DNA of 52,042 nt from Macrostomum lignano (GCA_002269645.1 NIVC01004276.1:1-52042); one strand, 5' to 3'; numbered from the stretch's first letter, positions 35,497 to 48,400 are shown. The notes: a model not told the origin generated them from the sequence alone. Program-made: numbers and translations.

Positions 35497-38400
35497 ATGT
35501 CATCTAACCAGGCACAACAAGTCACTTTTAATGACGAGGCGAATGCTGAGGTAAAGCTGAGATTTCACAACGCCATTTTTCATTTCAACCTCGAGCTTGC
35601 GCAGATTTCTCAGTTTGCGCAAATTCAATTTTTTTTCAGATCGAATACGAGGAGCAGGAGCTGGAGGACGATCCCGAGGTCTACCGGCAGTTCGTCACCC
35701 TGGTGGACGGCGTGGTTGGTTCGCTCGCCCTGCTGCAGGCCGACATGGACAATGTGAGCCACGAACTCCTCCCTGTTCAGAGCAGTCGTGCCCTCTTCCA
35801 AAGCCGCGCTGGACCACTTGGCTACGGCCTCCTGTGCAGCCATGCCCTCATGTACTTTTAACTCTACTTTAAGTAGAAGCATGGGAAAGTTTGTTTCTTA
35901 GAAAGTTTTTTGAAGGCCTATTTTGCGCGAAAATTTACGCCGCTGAGTTCAGGAAAGCAAGAACTATCACCCTTTTTTATCATCAATCACTTATGTAATC
36001 GATCTTGTTGACGCATTTCAGTTTTTGTACTTTAAAGACGAGCTGATGCAGCAGCTGCTGCCACCGAACCTGCTGCTGCAGCTGTCGCTCATTTCCGGGA
36101 AACTGTTTCGAAGGTGAGTGAGTGAGAGTTTTATCCACCACCTGTTTTCCCTGAAGACAATCTGCTTTTCTACCTTTTTATCTACCATATTAACTACCTA
36201 TCTAACAAGATAACTTCTTACCTAACGGGGGGTCTAGCATGACTCTCTGATGTGCCAGCGTCCCAGGCTCGATTCAAAGTGCAGTCACATTAATTTGAGG
36301 CTAAATTGCAATCTCGGCTTGGCTCTGCTCACGCAATTAACGCCCAGCTTGAGGGCCAACCCTCCAAGGCACAGTGAAGTGTACATGCCTAACTATAAAT
36401 AAAGTATGTACACTGCTGTACAAATGTGCGTACGTATCCGCGCGCTTGTGTGCCTGTTCAGGGGATCGGCAGTAATGCCTCTCGCCGGTTGTGTGACAAT
36501 GTCGCTTAAAGTTCGAAAGCGACATTAGAGACTTTTGACAGTATCCGGGACGATTTGCGTCGAGGCGAGCATCAATTTGCTGTTCCAGAGTGCACTCAAC
36601 CCCCTAAAAGTAACTTCTTACCTACTAATCAACCTACCCCACCCGCCCACCGCTCCGCCAGCTACTCGGACCTGCAGTTCCCCCTGTGGGAGCTGCTCCG
36701 CCTGGTCCGGGTGTACTCCTCGCCCTGGGAGGAGAAGAAGGCCGCCCTGCAGAAGATGCACGAGGACTACGCGCGCAAGAAAAGCCAGCTGGAGATCGCG
36801 CTTCGACGTCTGACTACGCAGGACGCGGAGGTGAAGCGCGCAGGCCGGGAGCGGCGCATCATGAACTGGGAGAAGCTGTTCGCCCGGGTGCAGATGGCCC
36901 GCGGCCACGGCCGGCGCTGGAAGTTCCGGATGCACGATTTCAAAAAACGCGCCGCAATGGGCGTCGAACATCTGGGAAAATATTTTGCCGAAGATCAGAG
37001 CGACCTGGAGTCGGATGTCGAACCGTCAGAGGCTGGCGAGGACGCCGAGGTCGAGGTTGATGAAGCCGACAGGGAGGCTGGGGAGGCGGACGAATCCCCT
37101 GCTGATGAGGCGGCACAGCGGGAAAACGCCGAGGAGAAAACCACGGCCGCTGTGGAGCAGGTGGCGGAGGAATTTCCTGAGATTGAGCTCGAGTCTATGA
37201 GCGAGATCAACGCGGAGGAGCCCGAAGAGCCGGTTAGTTGCTATGGGGTTGCTATGGTGTTGCTATGGGGTTGCTATGGTGTTGCTATGGTGTTGCTGTG
37301 GTGTTGCTACGATGTTATGGCGTTGCTACGCCGTTACTAAGCCGTTGCTAAAATGTTGCTACGCCGTTACTAAGCCGTTGCTAGAGTGTTGCTACGGCCT
37401 TGCTGCGACAATGCTTCTTTGGCGTTGCTTTGGTCTGGCTTAAGTGTTGTTAGGACGCTTTTTAAATTTCTTACTCGGTTTTGCTTTCGTTTTTCTGCTA
37501 TTCTTAATAATCAATATTCCTCAATAGAAAAACACTTAAAAACCCATTTCAGCTGTACCAAGAAGCAACAGACGTGAAAAGTGTTTCCGTAAGTACTACT
37601 TACACTATCATTGGCAGCAATGCGGTTGTTCGAACTATAATTATTCTGTCCAACTCGCAGATGCCAGCCGAGATCGCTCTGCCAGTTGAGACGGCCGATG
37701 CCGAGGTGTGGACTCACGAGCCGGAGTTTGGCAGGCGCCTGCACGTGCGGGTTTACCCAGCCAAGCAGGTCAAGGCCAAGCAGGTGTCTGTTGAGGTCGA
37801 GTTTGATGACGGAGGTGACGAAGAACCCGCCTGCCACCAGCTGGAGGTGCAGGACGTCCTGGTGCCCGCCGCAGATGAGAAGCGTCGGATGCCGCGTAGG
37901 CGTCAGGTGCGCGCATAAAAATTGACCTTGTTGCTATGGCGTTGCTGTGGTTTTGCTAAGTTGCTATGGAGTTGTTTATGACGTTGCTATGGAGTTGTTT
38001 ATGACGTTGCTATGGAGTTGTTTATGACGTTGATATGGAGTTGTTTATGTCGTTGCTACGGAGTTGTTTATGTCGTTGCTATGGAGTTGTTTATGTCGTT
38101 GCTATGGTTTTTTATCTTACTATAGCTGTTATTATGTTTTTAGAGTCGTTTTTTATTTCTCTGACAGGGCGCAGCGGCTGACGAAAACGGTTCAGGCGCC
38201 GGCGGAGCGGCGGCGGCGGCGGCCGCTTTCCAGGAGGTGAGCTTCTTGGTGCCCGACGGTGTGGCACCGGAGCACGGCGGTCCGCAGCTGCGCATCAACG
38301 TGCAGAACGAGCGGATGGACCGGGTTGGCTCGGTAGTCCTCAGCCTCCGACAGCTGGTCGACGCCGACCTGCTCACTCTGGACGTCGGCGCCGACGACAG

Positions 38401-41400
38401 CGCTGCTGGCAACGAGGACGAGTTGGAACGGCGTCGACGGACGCTGGAGGAGCTCGGGCCGATCGAGTACCCGATGCTGCTCAACGACATCGAGGCTGGA
38501 CAGCTGCCCATGCTGGTCTACTGGACTCGATGGCCTGTGCCGCGAGTTGCCGAAAGGGACAATAGTGAGTTGCTATGGATTTGTTTATGGCGTTGCTATG
38601 GACTTGCTGTCAGAAAATTATGGTTATACTGTTGATATGGCGTTGCTATGGGATAAGCTTTTTGTGTACGTTACCACAACGTTGCTATGGCGTTTTAAAA
38701 TTTCAGGTGTTTACTTAATGAAAGTTTTTAAGTTCAATATTTTCGTTAAAGAAAATAGTTAGGTCAAAATGCGTGCATCGGTATGCTCCAAAGTTTCTAT
38801 ACAACTTAGTTATAATGATAGAGCTAGTTTTGTAATCATTCTCATATTTGCTGTTGACTTATTCAGTTTGTGAGGTGACATTGGGACTGATTTATTGCAT
38901 GAACTGCCTGCCCGATTTAATTTCAGCTCCATTTAGACAGGCACTGGCACCGTCTATGGTAATTTCCTATGATTTCATCCAGTTTTGAGCACAACGCAAC
39001 CCCTTCACCGCGTTCCGTCACTTCACTCTAAGTTGATTAAAAGAAAAAGTCAACTGTAGAGAAGTGGAAGTCACACCCCATTGTTACTCTGTGTTATTCA
39101 TTGTCACCAGCCTGTCGATTTGAATTTTTGATACTTAACCATTTACCAATGCAAGATTCCCGTTTGTTTTTGCTACTTGCCCAGCCATCGGAGCTTTTGT
39201 GCACTTTGGGTGCCTGCTTGACGCCCGTTTGACCAAATTTAATTTCCATTGTTCAAGTACGAGCAAGTACATTGAAGTACATCATGTCTTGCTCAAGGAC
39301 ACAAATTGTTCCGAGTGGGTCAAGAATCGAACCCCCGACCTTTCAGTCGGTGAGTCCGACGCTCTGAACCACTAGGCTGCAACCCCCCATTAAGCTACAA
39401 TTCCCCTCTGAAGTACATGACGTCCTTTTAATAGCGAGGTACTTGGAACTACTAACTAGAAATGCATAATGTTTACTCTGCTGCATTATAAATATAATTT
39501 TACTAATCTGTACTAATCAGGTGTAAGTTTATGCAGAGCAAATAAATTGGGAATAGACACGTTAGTGCTGTACATCAACACCGCCACCCACCATCATCGT
39601 CATCTGCGCGTCACCTGCAGACACCGCCTCGGTGTTCGAGCTGGTCGAGGAGCTGACTGGCATCGACCTGACGAAGGTCACCAAGGAGGAGCTGACCAGG
39701 GAGAAGATCGACGCGTGCATGTCGCCGAGGCCGATGACGCCGCAGCCTGTGAGACGGTTTTCATAAGAGGGAATCGCAGTATAGGCTAGACTTACTAACA
39801 CTACTCATACTTGACTAATTATCCTACTTATCAGTAGTGAGCAGTGAAAACTGCAACCATTTTAGCTGCATTTAGAGCTAGAATTGTTGGTTAATTCTAA
39901 AAATCAGTGCACGCGAGTTTAAACAAATTCATTAAATTTTTAAATTATTTGCTATTTCCAGGAAAACGTTCCGAGAGAGGAATTCGACAAGTTGAACGAG
40001 GAATTTTCTGAGAAGTTCGCTCAACTTGAGAGAGATTACGTGTAAGATTAAGCGGCTATTTTGTTTGTCAGACTACCTGGATTGAGTGGTTGGGATTTTA
40101 CGGCTCCTAGTGTAGGGGTAAAACCAAACCACGCTCTAAAGGTTGTGGGTTCGAATCCCCGGCACGGCCTCGTTAATTTGAGATTCTGAAAGTCCCCAAG
40201 TGAAAGAGCCACCAAGTGACGAGAAATCAAACCCTTGTCACTTAATCTTAGTTCCAGAGTCAGGTGATCTCGCATTTTTGCAGGGAAAAGCTGAAAGCGC
40301 TCGAGGCTCAGCTGAGCAGCAGCGAGGCGCCGGCGACAGCGACGCAACAGCAGGCCGCCGCCGCGGACACGCAGGAGCGAGCGACCAGCGCCCAGCGCTC
40401 CCTGCCGGGTTCGCGGCGGTCGTCTGGGAGGAGAGCGACGCCGCAGCTGGCGCAGCAGCAGCAGGCGGCTGAAGAGACTGCGGTGAGCTTGAAGATTAAA
40501 AAATTTCTATATTATTCTAGAAGTGCATGTACATGTAATGAAAACAAGGCACAGAGAGTGGACATGCCTGACGACATGCCTGACGACATGCCTGATGACA
40601 TGCCTGACGACATGCCTGACGACATGCCTGACGACAAGCCTGACGACATGCCTGACGACATGCCTGACGACATGCCTGACGACATGCCTGACGACATGCC
40701 TAACGAGATGCCTGACGACATGCCTAACGACATGCCTGACGACATGCCTGACGTTTGTGTGTGCTCAGGGGTTACTATTATTATTGTTGATTTTCACTAA
40801 CTCGATATTTGCACTTGCAGCAACAGCAGCAGCAGCCGCCAAAGAAGCCGGGCATCCGCGTGCCTCCCCGACCGCAGCGCCCAAAGAAGAACTTCATGGT
40901 GGGCCGGCCGCTGCCAGCCTGGGGCGAGGACCTGCCAGAAGATTTCTTCGAGCGCATGGAGCTGCTCAACCACCTGACTCGCGAGCACAAGGCCCGCCTC
41001 GTTGCTCAGATTCGAGCCGAGATTGCTCGAGAAGTTGAGGCTCAGCTGATGGAGCTGTCGCGACTGGCCGCTGGCTACGATGATGATGAAGATGAGCAGG
41101 GAGAGGTCGGGGAGGCTGGAGAGGACAGGCGGCAGCTGAGCTCAGCTGACGAGGTCACCATTCCTGCGCTGTTCATGCCGCAGCGGGGCGAGCGCAAGGT
41201 GTACAACCCCAGGGCGCACCTGTACTTCCAGCCGCACGGCATCAAAGGTGCTCGGCTCACTCAGCCGCCCTCTATGCTGAGCCTGCCGCCGCTGCCTGCT
41301 GTGAGTCTGATGGAGGATGGGGCCGCGGCACTGCCGAGGTTTCTCACTGGAAATAAAGGGCTTCCAATCCTGCCATAAGCCTTCCGAATCTTATCCCAAA

Positions 41401-42744
41401 CAATCTGATCCCAAATCGACAATCTGATCCCAGATCGACAATCTGATCCCAAATCGACAATCTGATCCCAAATCGACAATCTGATCCCAAATCGACAATC
41501 TGATCCCAAATCGACAATCTGATCCCAAATCGACAATCTGATCCCAGATCGACAATCTGATCCCAGATCGACAATCTGATCCCAGATCGACAATCTGATC
41601 CCAGATCGACAATCTGATCCCAAATCGAAAATCTGATCCCAGATCGACAATCTGATCCCAAATCGAAAATCTGATCCCAGATCGACAATCTGATCCCAAA
41701 TCGACAATCTGATCCCAAATCGACAATCTGATCCCAAATCGACAATCTGATCCCAAATCGACAATCTGATCCCAAATCGACAATCTGATCCCAGATCGAC
41801 AATCTGATCCCAAATCGAAAATCTGATCCCAGATCGACAATCTGATCCCAAATCGACAATCTGATCCCAGATCGACTATCTGATCCCAAATCGACAATCT
41901 GATCCCAAATCGAAAATCTGATCCCAGATCGACAATCTGATCCCAGATCGACAATCTGATCCCAAATCGACAATCTGATCCCAAATCGACAATCTGATCC
42001 CAGATCGACAATCTGATCCCAAATCGATATCTGATCCCAAATCGACAATCTGATCCCAAATCGACAATCTGATCCCAAATTGACAATCTGATCCCAAATC
42101 GACAATCTGATCCTAAATCGACAATCTGATCCCAAATCGACAATCTGATCCCAAATTGACAATCTGATCCCAGATCGACAATCTGATCCCAAATCGACAA
42201 TCTGATCCCAGATCGACTATCTGATCCCAAATCGACAATCTGATCCCAAATCGAAAATCTGATCCCAGATCGACAATCTGATCCCAGATCGACAATCTGA
42301 TCCCAGATCGACAATCTGATCCCAAATCGAAAATCTGATCCCAGATCGACAATCTGATCCTAGATCGACAATCTGATCCCAGATCGACTATCTGATCCCA
42401 AATCGACAATCTGATCCCAAATCGACAATCTGATCCCAAATCGACAATCTGATCCCAAATCGACTATCTGATCGCAAAGCGAGAATCTCATCTAAAGAAT
42501 ACTATTTAAAGTCAAATATGAACTACAAGTAGATGGGAATATTTGTTATTGCACTGTACATGTGAATGTTTGCAGCAGCCCCCTTACACTTCCGCTTGCA
42601 ATTTCTCATACAATTTTCCAGCGAACTTCAGTCCTGAATTTGTTCGATGTGAGCAGTCGACCAGCAGCTCAGAGCGTCACCGCCCCGCCTCCCAACGTCA
42701 GCATTCAGACTCAGCTGAGCATGCTCAAGAAAACTGTCAATTAA
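35497..42744 (+). CDS. Uncharacterised multi-exon coiled-coil protein with a probable C2-like domain
   Basis: Exons 35497-35550, 35640-35753 (next junction unresolved), 36038-36113, 36662-37232, 37661-37906, 38168-38564, 39621-39748, 39962-40041, 40284-40482, 40821-41300, 42622-42744. Phases are consistent from 36038 onward, with strong GC3 codon bias. C2-like strands LHVRVYPAKQVKAKQVSVEVEF and LRINVQNERMDRVGSVVLSLRQL. Confidence 0.75.
36211..36624. mobile_element. About 386-bp insertion flanked by a 14-bp direct repeat (putative TSD)
   Basis: taacttcttaccta at 36211-36224 and 36611-36624; the insert starts ggggggt and ends accccctaaaag. Confidence 0.55.
37233..37400 (+). repeat. Intronic gttgctatgg-type repeat
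   Basis: Repeated gttgctatgg/gttgctacg units directly after a donor site. Confidence 0.85.
37929..38110 (+). repeat. Intronic 22-bp repeat (gttgctatggagttgtttatga)
   Basis: Tandem units; same core as 37233 and 38568-38690. Confidence 0.85.
39283..39388 (-). mobile_element. 3'-truncated SINE copy (head plus start of body)
   Basis: gaatcgaacccccgacctttcagtcggtgagtccgacgctctgaaccactaggctgcaacccc; flanked by tgaagtacat direct repeats (39273, 39409). Confidence 0.8.
40105..40200 (+). mobile_element. tRNA-like/SINE head with perfect B-box
   Basis: GGTTCGAATCC near 40148; no complete cloverleaf recognised; intronic. Confidence 0.35.
40560..40752 (+). repeat. Intronic 12-bp repeat (tgacgacatgcc)
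   Basis: Direct reading. Confidence 0.95.
41390..42475 (+). repeat. Intronic 19-bp minisatellite (gacaatctgatcccaaatc / ...cccagatc)
   Basis: Tandem units in the last intron of the 35497-42744 gene. Confidence 0.97.
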
Positions 42745-43729
42745 ATGCAGAGAGAAATCATTCTGTACTATTAATAAAAATAATTGACCACCCGAACCAA
42801 TTTTCTGTATTTTGGCCCCTCTGTATGAATGAATTTAACTTAAAATTGCCTCAGATGATTTACATGTACAATCGAATTAACAAATTTGTTAATTTAGATT
42901 TTGATTTTCAACAGTGCATCATAATGTACTTTATATAAGCACAAATTGTTGTTGTGCCTTAAAATAAAAAAAAACACGTCGAAAAGCTTTCCTTTTACTT
43001 TAAACATGTGTCTAACTTCACGTGTTTTAAATTATTTATTTTATCGTGATATTTTCAGACGATATTTTTCCACATGCTTTGCTTGCTTTTGTATTTTTTA
43101 CAGATTTTCAAATCAGTGGATATTTCATTCATTCCGGCCTTAGCTTTGAACTTCTGCCATTCTTGTAGCAAACTATTTGTTAATTCTTTGAAAAATCTGT
43201 TTCTTAGAAGCGTTTGCCGTTTAGCTTGTAGATTAACAAATCAGGATTAGATAAGCAATCGATCAAGGCTTAATGAACAAGTCCGAATTGGATCGATAAA
43301 GCAGAGTTAAATAAGAATAATATCAATTGTCAAACGAATACACATGAATTCAAAAAACTAATAAATATTTGAATTTAGACAACCAAAATACGAACCACTA
43401 CGAAACAAATTAAATCAACCAGTTATGAAAGAAGAAATGTTGAAAAAAATAAGCTAAACATAAATAAAAACGAACAAATGTCTAATTCAAATAAACTAAA
43501 ATCAAAGTTACAGAAGCAATTCAAAACATTAAAATAAAATCTGGATTATAGAAAATCACATAAAAGTTTGATTATCAAATCAAAAGCCAAGATTAAGTAA
43601 AAATTACTATTAGATAAACAAACCAGATCAGAATAACGTAAATATGTAAATTACAATAAAATATAAGAATAAATTAGTAATTAAATTTCATTGCAATTTT
43701 TTCAGCTCTGGGTCGCAATTATCGGGCGC

Positions 43730-44866
43730 ATGGAATCCGAAATTGCAGACCTACAAAACCCGGAAGTGCCGCAGTGCCTCTACTGGTCAGCCGAGCAGGT
43801 GGCGGACTGGGTGTCCAGCCTCGGACTCGGCCAGTACCGGGACTGCTTCCTCACCAACGGCATCAACGGGCGCCGTCTGGTTCTGGTTGACGCGTCAAAT
43901 TTGCCTAAAATCGGGGTGCACGAGTTTCAGCACGTGCAGGCGTTGAGCGGAGCTGTGCGCGACCTGCTGAAGATCGAGAGCCCTAGATGGGATCGGTGGG
44001 TCACGGCTCTGCTCTTTTGCCTTCGAATTTGTACTTTTGGCACAAAAATGTTTTACTTTTAATAATAACTGTCGCGTCAAAATACATTGAAGCATCTGGA
44101 TTTGCGCCAATTCAAATGTCAAGAATTGGCGCCAAATTGAGTGTCCTAGGATTTGCGCCAAATTAGGAGTCAGAGCGTTGGCGCCAGATTTAGTCTCTCA
44201 GCGTTGGCGCTAAATTTAGTGTCAGGATTGGCGCCAAATTTAGTGTCAGGATTGGCGCCAAATTTAGTGTCAGGATTGGCGTCAAATTTAGTGTCAGGAT
44301 TGGCGCCAAATTTAGTGTCAGGATTGGCGCCAAATTTAGTGTCAGGATTGGCGTCAAATTTAGTGTCAGGATTGGCGCCAAATTTAGTGTCAGAATTAGC
44401 GCCAAATTTAGTGTCAGGATTGGCGCCAAATTTAGTGTCAGGGCGCCAAATTTAGTGTCAGGATTGGCGTCAAATTTAGTGTCAGGATTGGCGCCAAATT
44501 TAGTGTCAGGATTGGCGCCAAATTTAGTGTCAGGATTAGAGAAAGTAATTGTCAGGATTGGCGCTAAATTAAATGTCATGATTGGCGCCCACTTCAGTGT
44601 CAGTATCGACGCCAAATTCCGTGTCAGGGTATCAGGTAAAGCGTCAGTTGCAGCCATTGATAAGACTATATTCTAAACCCATTTCCAGCCGCATCTACCT
44701 GCCGCCCCGCGACAACCTCGGCATGTACCTGGAGATGAAAAGCAAAACCGGGAAGTCTCTAGACGAGCTGACCTACGATAAATTCAATGCGAAATTCTCC
44801 GACGCGAAGTGGAGACCCCCCGTGGCGAACATGTGCCTCCTGCTGCCGCCCAGCTCTGACGAGTGA
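43730..44866 (+). CDS. SAMD15: SAMD15-like SAM-domain protein, 147 aa
   Basis: Exons 43730-43995 and 44689-44866 (phase 2). SAM domain WSAEQVADWVSSLGLGQYRDCFLTNGINGRRLVLVDASNLPKIGV; tail RIYLPPRDNLGMYLEMKSKTG resembles the SAMD15 C-terminus. Confidence 0.8.
44085..44640 (+). repeat. Intronic 21-bp minisatellite (ggcgccaaatttagtgtcaggatt-like)
   Basis: Fills the SAMD15-like intron. Confidence 0.95.
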
Positions 44867-45496
44867 CTGAAAATTTAACTGAAAAATTTAGGCTTTTGTT
44901 ATATTTTTTAGTTTGTTTAATTTTGATAGACGGAAGTTTGAATTCGCGCCGGAAAGCGTTTGACGATTGTTAAACTCTAATCTGAATAATTAAACAACAA
45001 AGATATCTGCTAAACCTATCTTCTGAATTATGTTTCCGTCCAGTGTTTATCTGTTTTTATGTTTTACTGGCCTGCTATTTTTGCAAGAAGATAAAATTCT
45101 CGCGCACAATTTCTCTGCTGCATGAATTTCGTGTAAGATATCGATTATTTTCTGATCTTTTAAAATTCTTATTATACACTTTCTATTATGCTCTTAAAAT
45201 AAAACCTTGCTGCTTCACAGATTCTCCGTTTTTCGTATGAATTTTCGTTTGATTTTATACATAACTTCAATAATTTTGGTAGTAAGTGATTGTAGGAATC
45301 TAGGAGATAATTATATAGGTTTTCAATAATTTTATAAAGCGTAGATGTATTATCAGTGGGTAATTACTATTTTGTTTAAACCGACAAACACATCAGTGTT
45401 TAAAGATGGTTTAAAATGCGTTAAAATAAGTTTCTAAGAAACCGGTCCACTTTAACATCAGTTTTAGCTTTTCCGGTGTTGCACTTGCGAAACGTC

Positions 45497-48400
45497 ATGC
45501 TGTCTGTCTCGCAGGATTTCCAGAAGCCGCCGCCGCCTCCGTCCCGGACTTTGCTGTCGTCGCAGGAGGACCAGCGGGCCGGTGGTGACTCCCCGAACTC
45601 CTCCCTGACACCGTCATCGTCCTCGAGCTCGCTGTCATCGGACAGCGGCAGCAGCAGCGTGGTGTCCTCAAACTCCCCGATTGTCGGGAACCAGGCATCC
45701 GTCAATGTCGAAAACGATGCCAGCAGCGGTAGCAGCAGCGACGTAGACGACGATGTTGACGGCGCCGCGGGAGCGTCGACAACGGCCACCACGATGATCG
45801 ACCCGTCTGCCGACTCCGTCGGGATCTCCCCGGGCACCGACGATTCGGCGATTCTCTCCGACGAAGGCGACACCGGACTGGACGCGGATCTCGACGTCGA
45901 CTTCTTCGGCCTCGGCGATGACGTCACCGCCTGTCTCAGCCTGCTGACGTCGACAGCCGAAGTGCCCGAAGCGGAGGCCGGCTTCCTGGCCGACTTCCTC
46001 ACCCGGCCGCCGCTGCCGACCATCTGCGGCCTCGGCGCCGTCATTCAGCGGCTGCGGCGGCACGGACCGCCGGCCAGTCCATTCCAGGAGATTCCGGGCG
46101 CCGCTGAAGACCTTCAAGACCCGATGCCACCGGTAATTGAAGACGTTTGTCGCATCGGCTCTCCGGACTCCGAGGCTCTGCTCCAACTGCTGCTCAGCCC
46201 TCACCTGGCGGCGCTCTGGGACTGCCTGCTGCGCGTCGCTCACCCGCCCGCTGACGAAACTTCGATCGACCTCGACGATTTTCTGGAAATCGACATCTCG
46301 ACGGCCGTCGGCGACGCGCCGGACGCCGCCAACGACCCTGCCACCGTTCCGCTGCGCAGGCCGCAGCCGCCGCCTCAGAGGCCGCCGCCGCCTGCCGCTT
46401 TTCGGCGGAGCGTCATCGGCGGGGGCGGCGGAGCGCACGCGGCATCGGCGGCGGAGCGCACCGCGCCGGAGCTTTTTTCCCGCGACGTCACCCTGCTGAA
46501 GGCGGCTGACCAGCCACTCGGCTTCACCGCTGTCCGCTGCATCTGCCCGACGTCCCCAAAGCCTGCCGTGGCGGTGGCGGCGGCATCGGGGGACGACGGC
46601 ACGGCGTCCTCATCTTCGCTGTCCGCCTCGCCGCGACAGGCGATCGCCGTCGCCCGCGTGCTGGCCGGCAGTCAGGCCGACGTCGCCGGAGGTCTCCACG
46701 TCGGCGACATCATTCGCGAGGCTAACGGCCAGCCAATGGAGACGCCCGAGGCGCTGCAGCGGCTGCTCAGGCAGACTGTCGGCCGGATCACCCTGCGCAT
46801 CGAGTCGGAGACGCCGCCGGAGTCGCCGCTGTCGCCTCCGCCGCCGCCGATGCCGGAGCCGCGGCTGCTGCGCGCCTGCTTCGACTACCAGCCTGAGCGG
46901 GACCCCCTGCTGCCCAGCCCCGAGCTGGGCCTGCGCTTCCGGCATGGCGACGTCCTGGAGGTTGTCGACCAGAGCGACGAGGCCTTCTGGCAGGCCCGTC
47001 CGGCTGGTCGTCCGCGAGAACCGGCGCGCCTCATACCGTCGCAGACGCTCGAGGAGCGAAGGAAGGCGTTTTTCCCGGCGAGCAGGATCGTGCCCGGGCC
47101 CGCCGACAGGCGTGAGTGCAGGATGGGGTGGCTGATGGGGGATGTCGGGATCCTTGGATGCACTGCGATTTATGGAGAATGAGGGATCTATCTAATGAGA
47201 ATCTATGGGGAGTTTATGGAATGTGTTAAAGAGTGCAAAGGGGTTGCAGTCTAGTGGTTAGAGCGTAGGACTCACCGACTGAAAGGTCGGGGGTTCGATT
47301 CTCGACCCACTCGAAAAAATTTGTGACCTTGAGCAAGACACACTTAACTCTGCATTGCTTCAGTTCACCCAGCTGTAAAATGGGTGCCAGCATTAGCTGG
47401 GGTAATTGAGGGTGTGTGGGTTTATTCAATTATTTAAATATAAGAGTTTATTGACTCTAAGGAGGGGTTTATTGAATATGGAAGGGGTTTATTGAATATT
47501 GACGGGGTTTATTGAATATGGAAGGGGTTTATTGAATATAGAAGGAGTTTATTGAATATGGAAGGAGTTTATTGAATCTAAGAAAGAGTTTATTGAATTT
47601 AAGAGGGAGTTTATTGAATCTAAGAAGGAGTTTGTTGAATCTAAGATGGAGTTTGTTGAATCTAAGAAGGAGTTTGTTGAATCTAAGATGGAGTTTGTTG
47701 AATCTAAGATGGAGTTTATTGTATCTAAGAAGGAGTTTGTTGAATCTAAGATGGAGTTTGTTGAATCTAAGATGGAGTTTATTGTATCTAAGAAGGAGTT
47801 TGTTGAATCTAAGAGGGAGTTCATTGAATCTAAGAAGGAGTTTATTGAATCTAAGAGGGAGTTTATTGAATCTAAGAGGGAGTTTATTAAATCTAAGAAG
47901 GAGTTTATTGTATCTAAGAAGGAGTTTATTGAATCTAAGAAGGAGTTTATTGAATCTAAGAGGGAGTTTATTAAATCTAAGAGGGAGTTTATTAAATCTA
48001 AGAGGGAGTTTATTGTATCTAAGAAGGAGTTTATTAAATCTAAGAAGGAGTTTATTGAATCTTAGAAGGAGTTTATTGTATCTAAGAAGGAGTTTATTAA
48101 ATCTAAGAAGGAGTTCATTGAATCTTAGAAGGAGTTTATTGAATCTAAGAGGGAGTTTATGGCTCTCCATCTCCGTCTCTGTCGCCCCGCAGTGAAGCAG
48201 CTGTACACCAAGCTGCACCATCAGAAGCCGGTGATGTACAGAGCCCAATCAGCTGCCGATTTTGATCGCGCCGAGCTGGCGCTCTACGAGGACGTCGCCA
48301 GGCTGGCAGCGAGTCCCGTCTCCCTGCTGGTGCTCACTGGGCCCGGCTGCGCGGTGGGCAGAGACCTGCTGCGCAGGTGGCTCTGCAGGCAGTATCCTTT

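Noticed and set aside
41261-42439. Several long minus-strand ORFs (SIWDQIVDLGSDCRFGIRL)n
   Set aside because: Frames of the 19-bp satellite.
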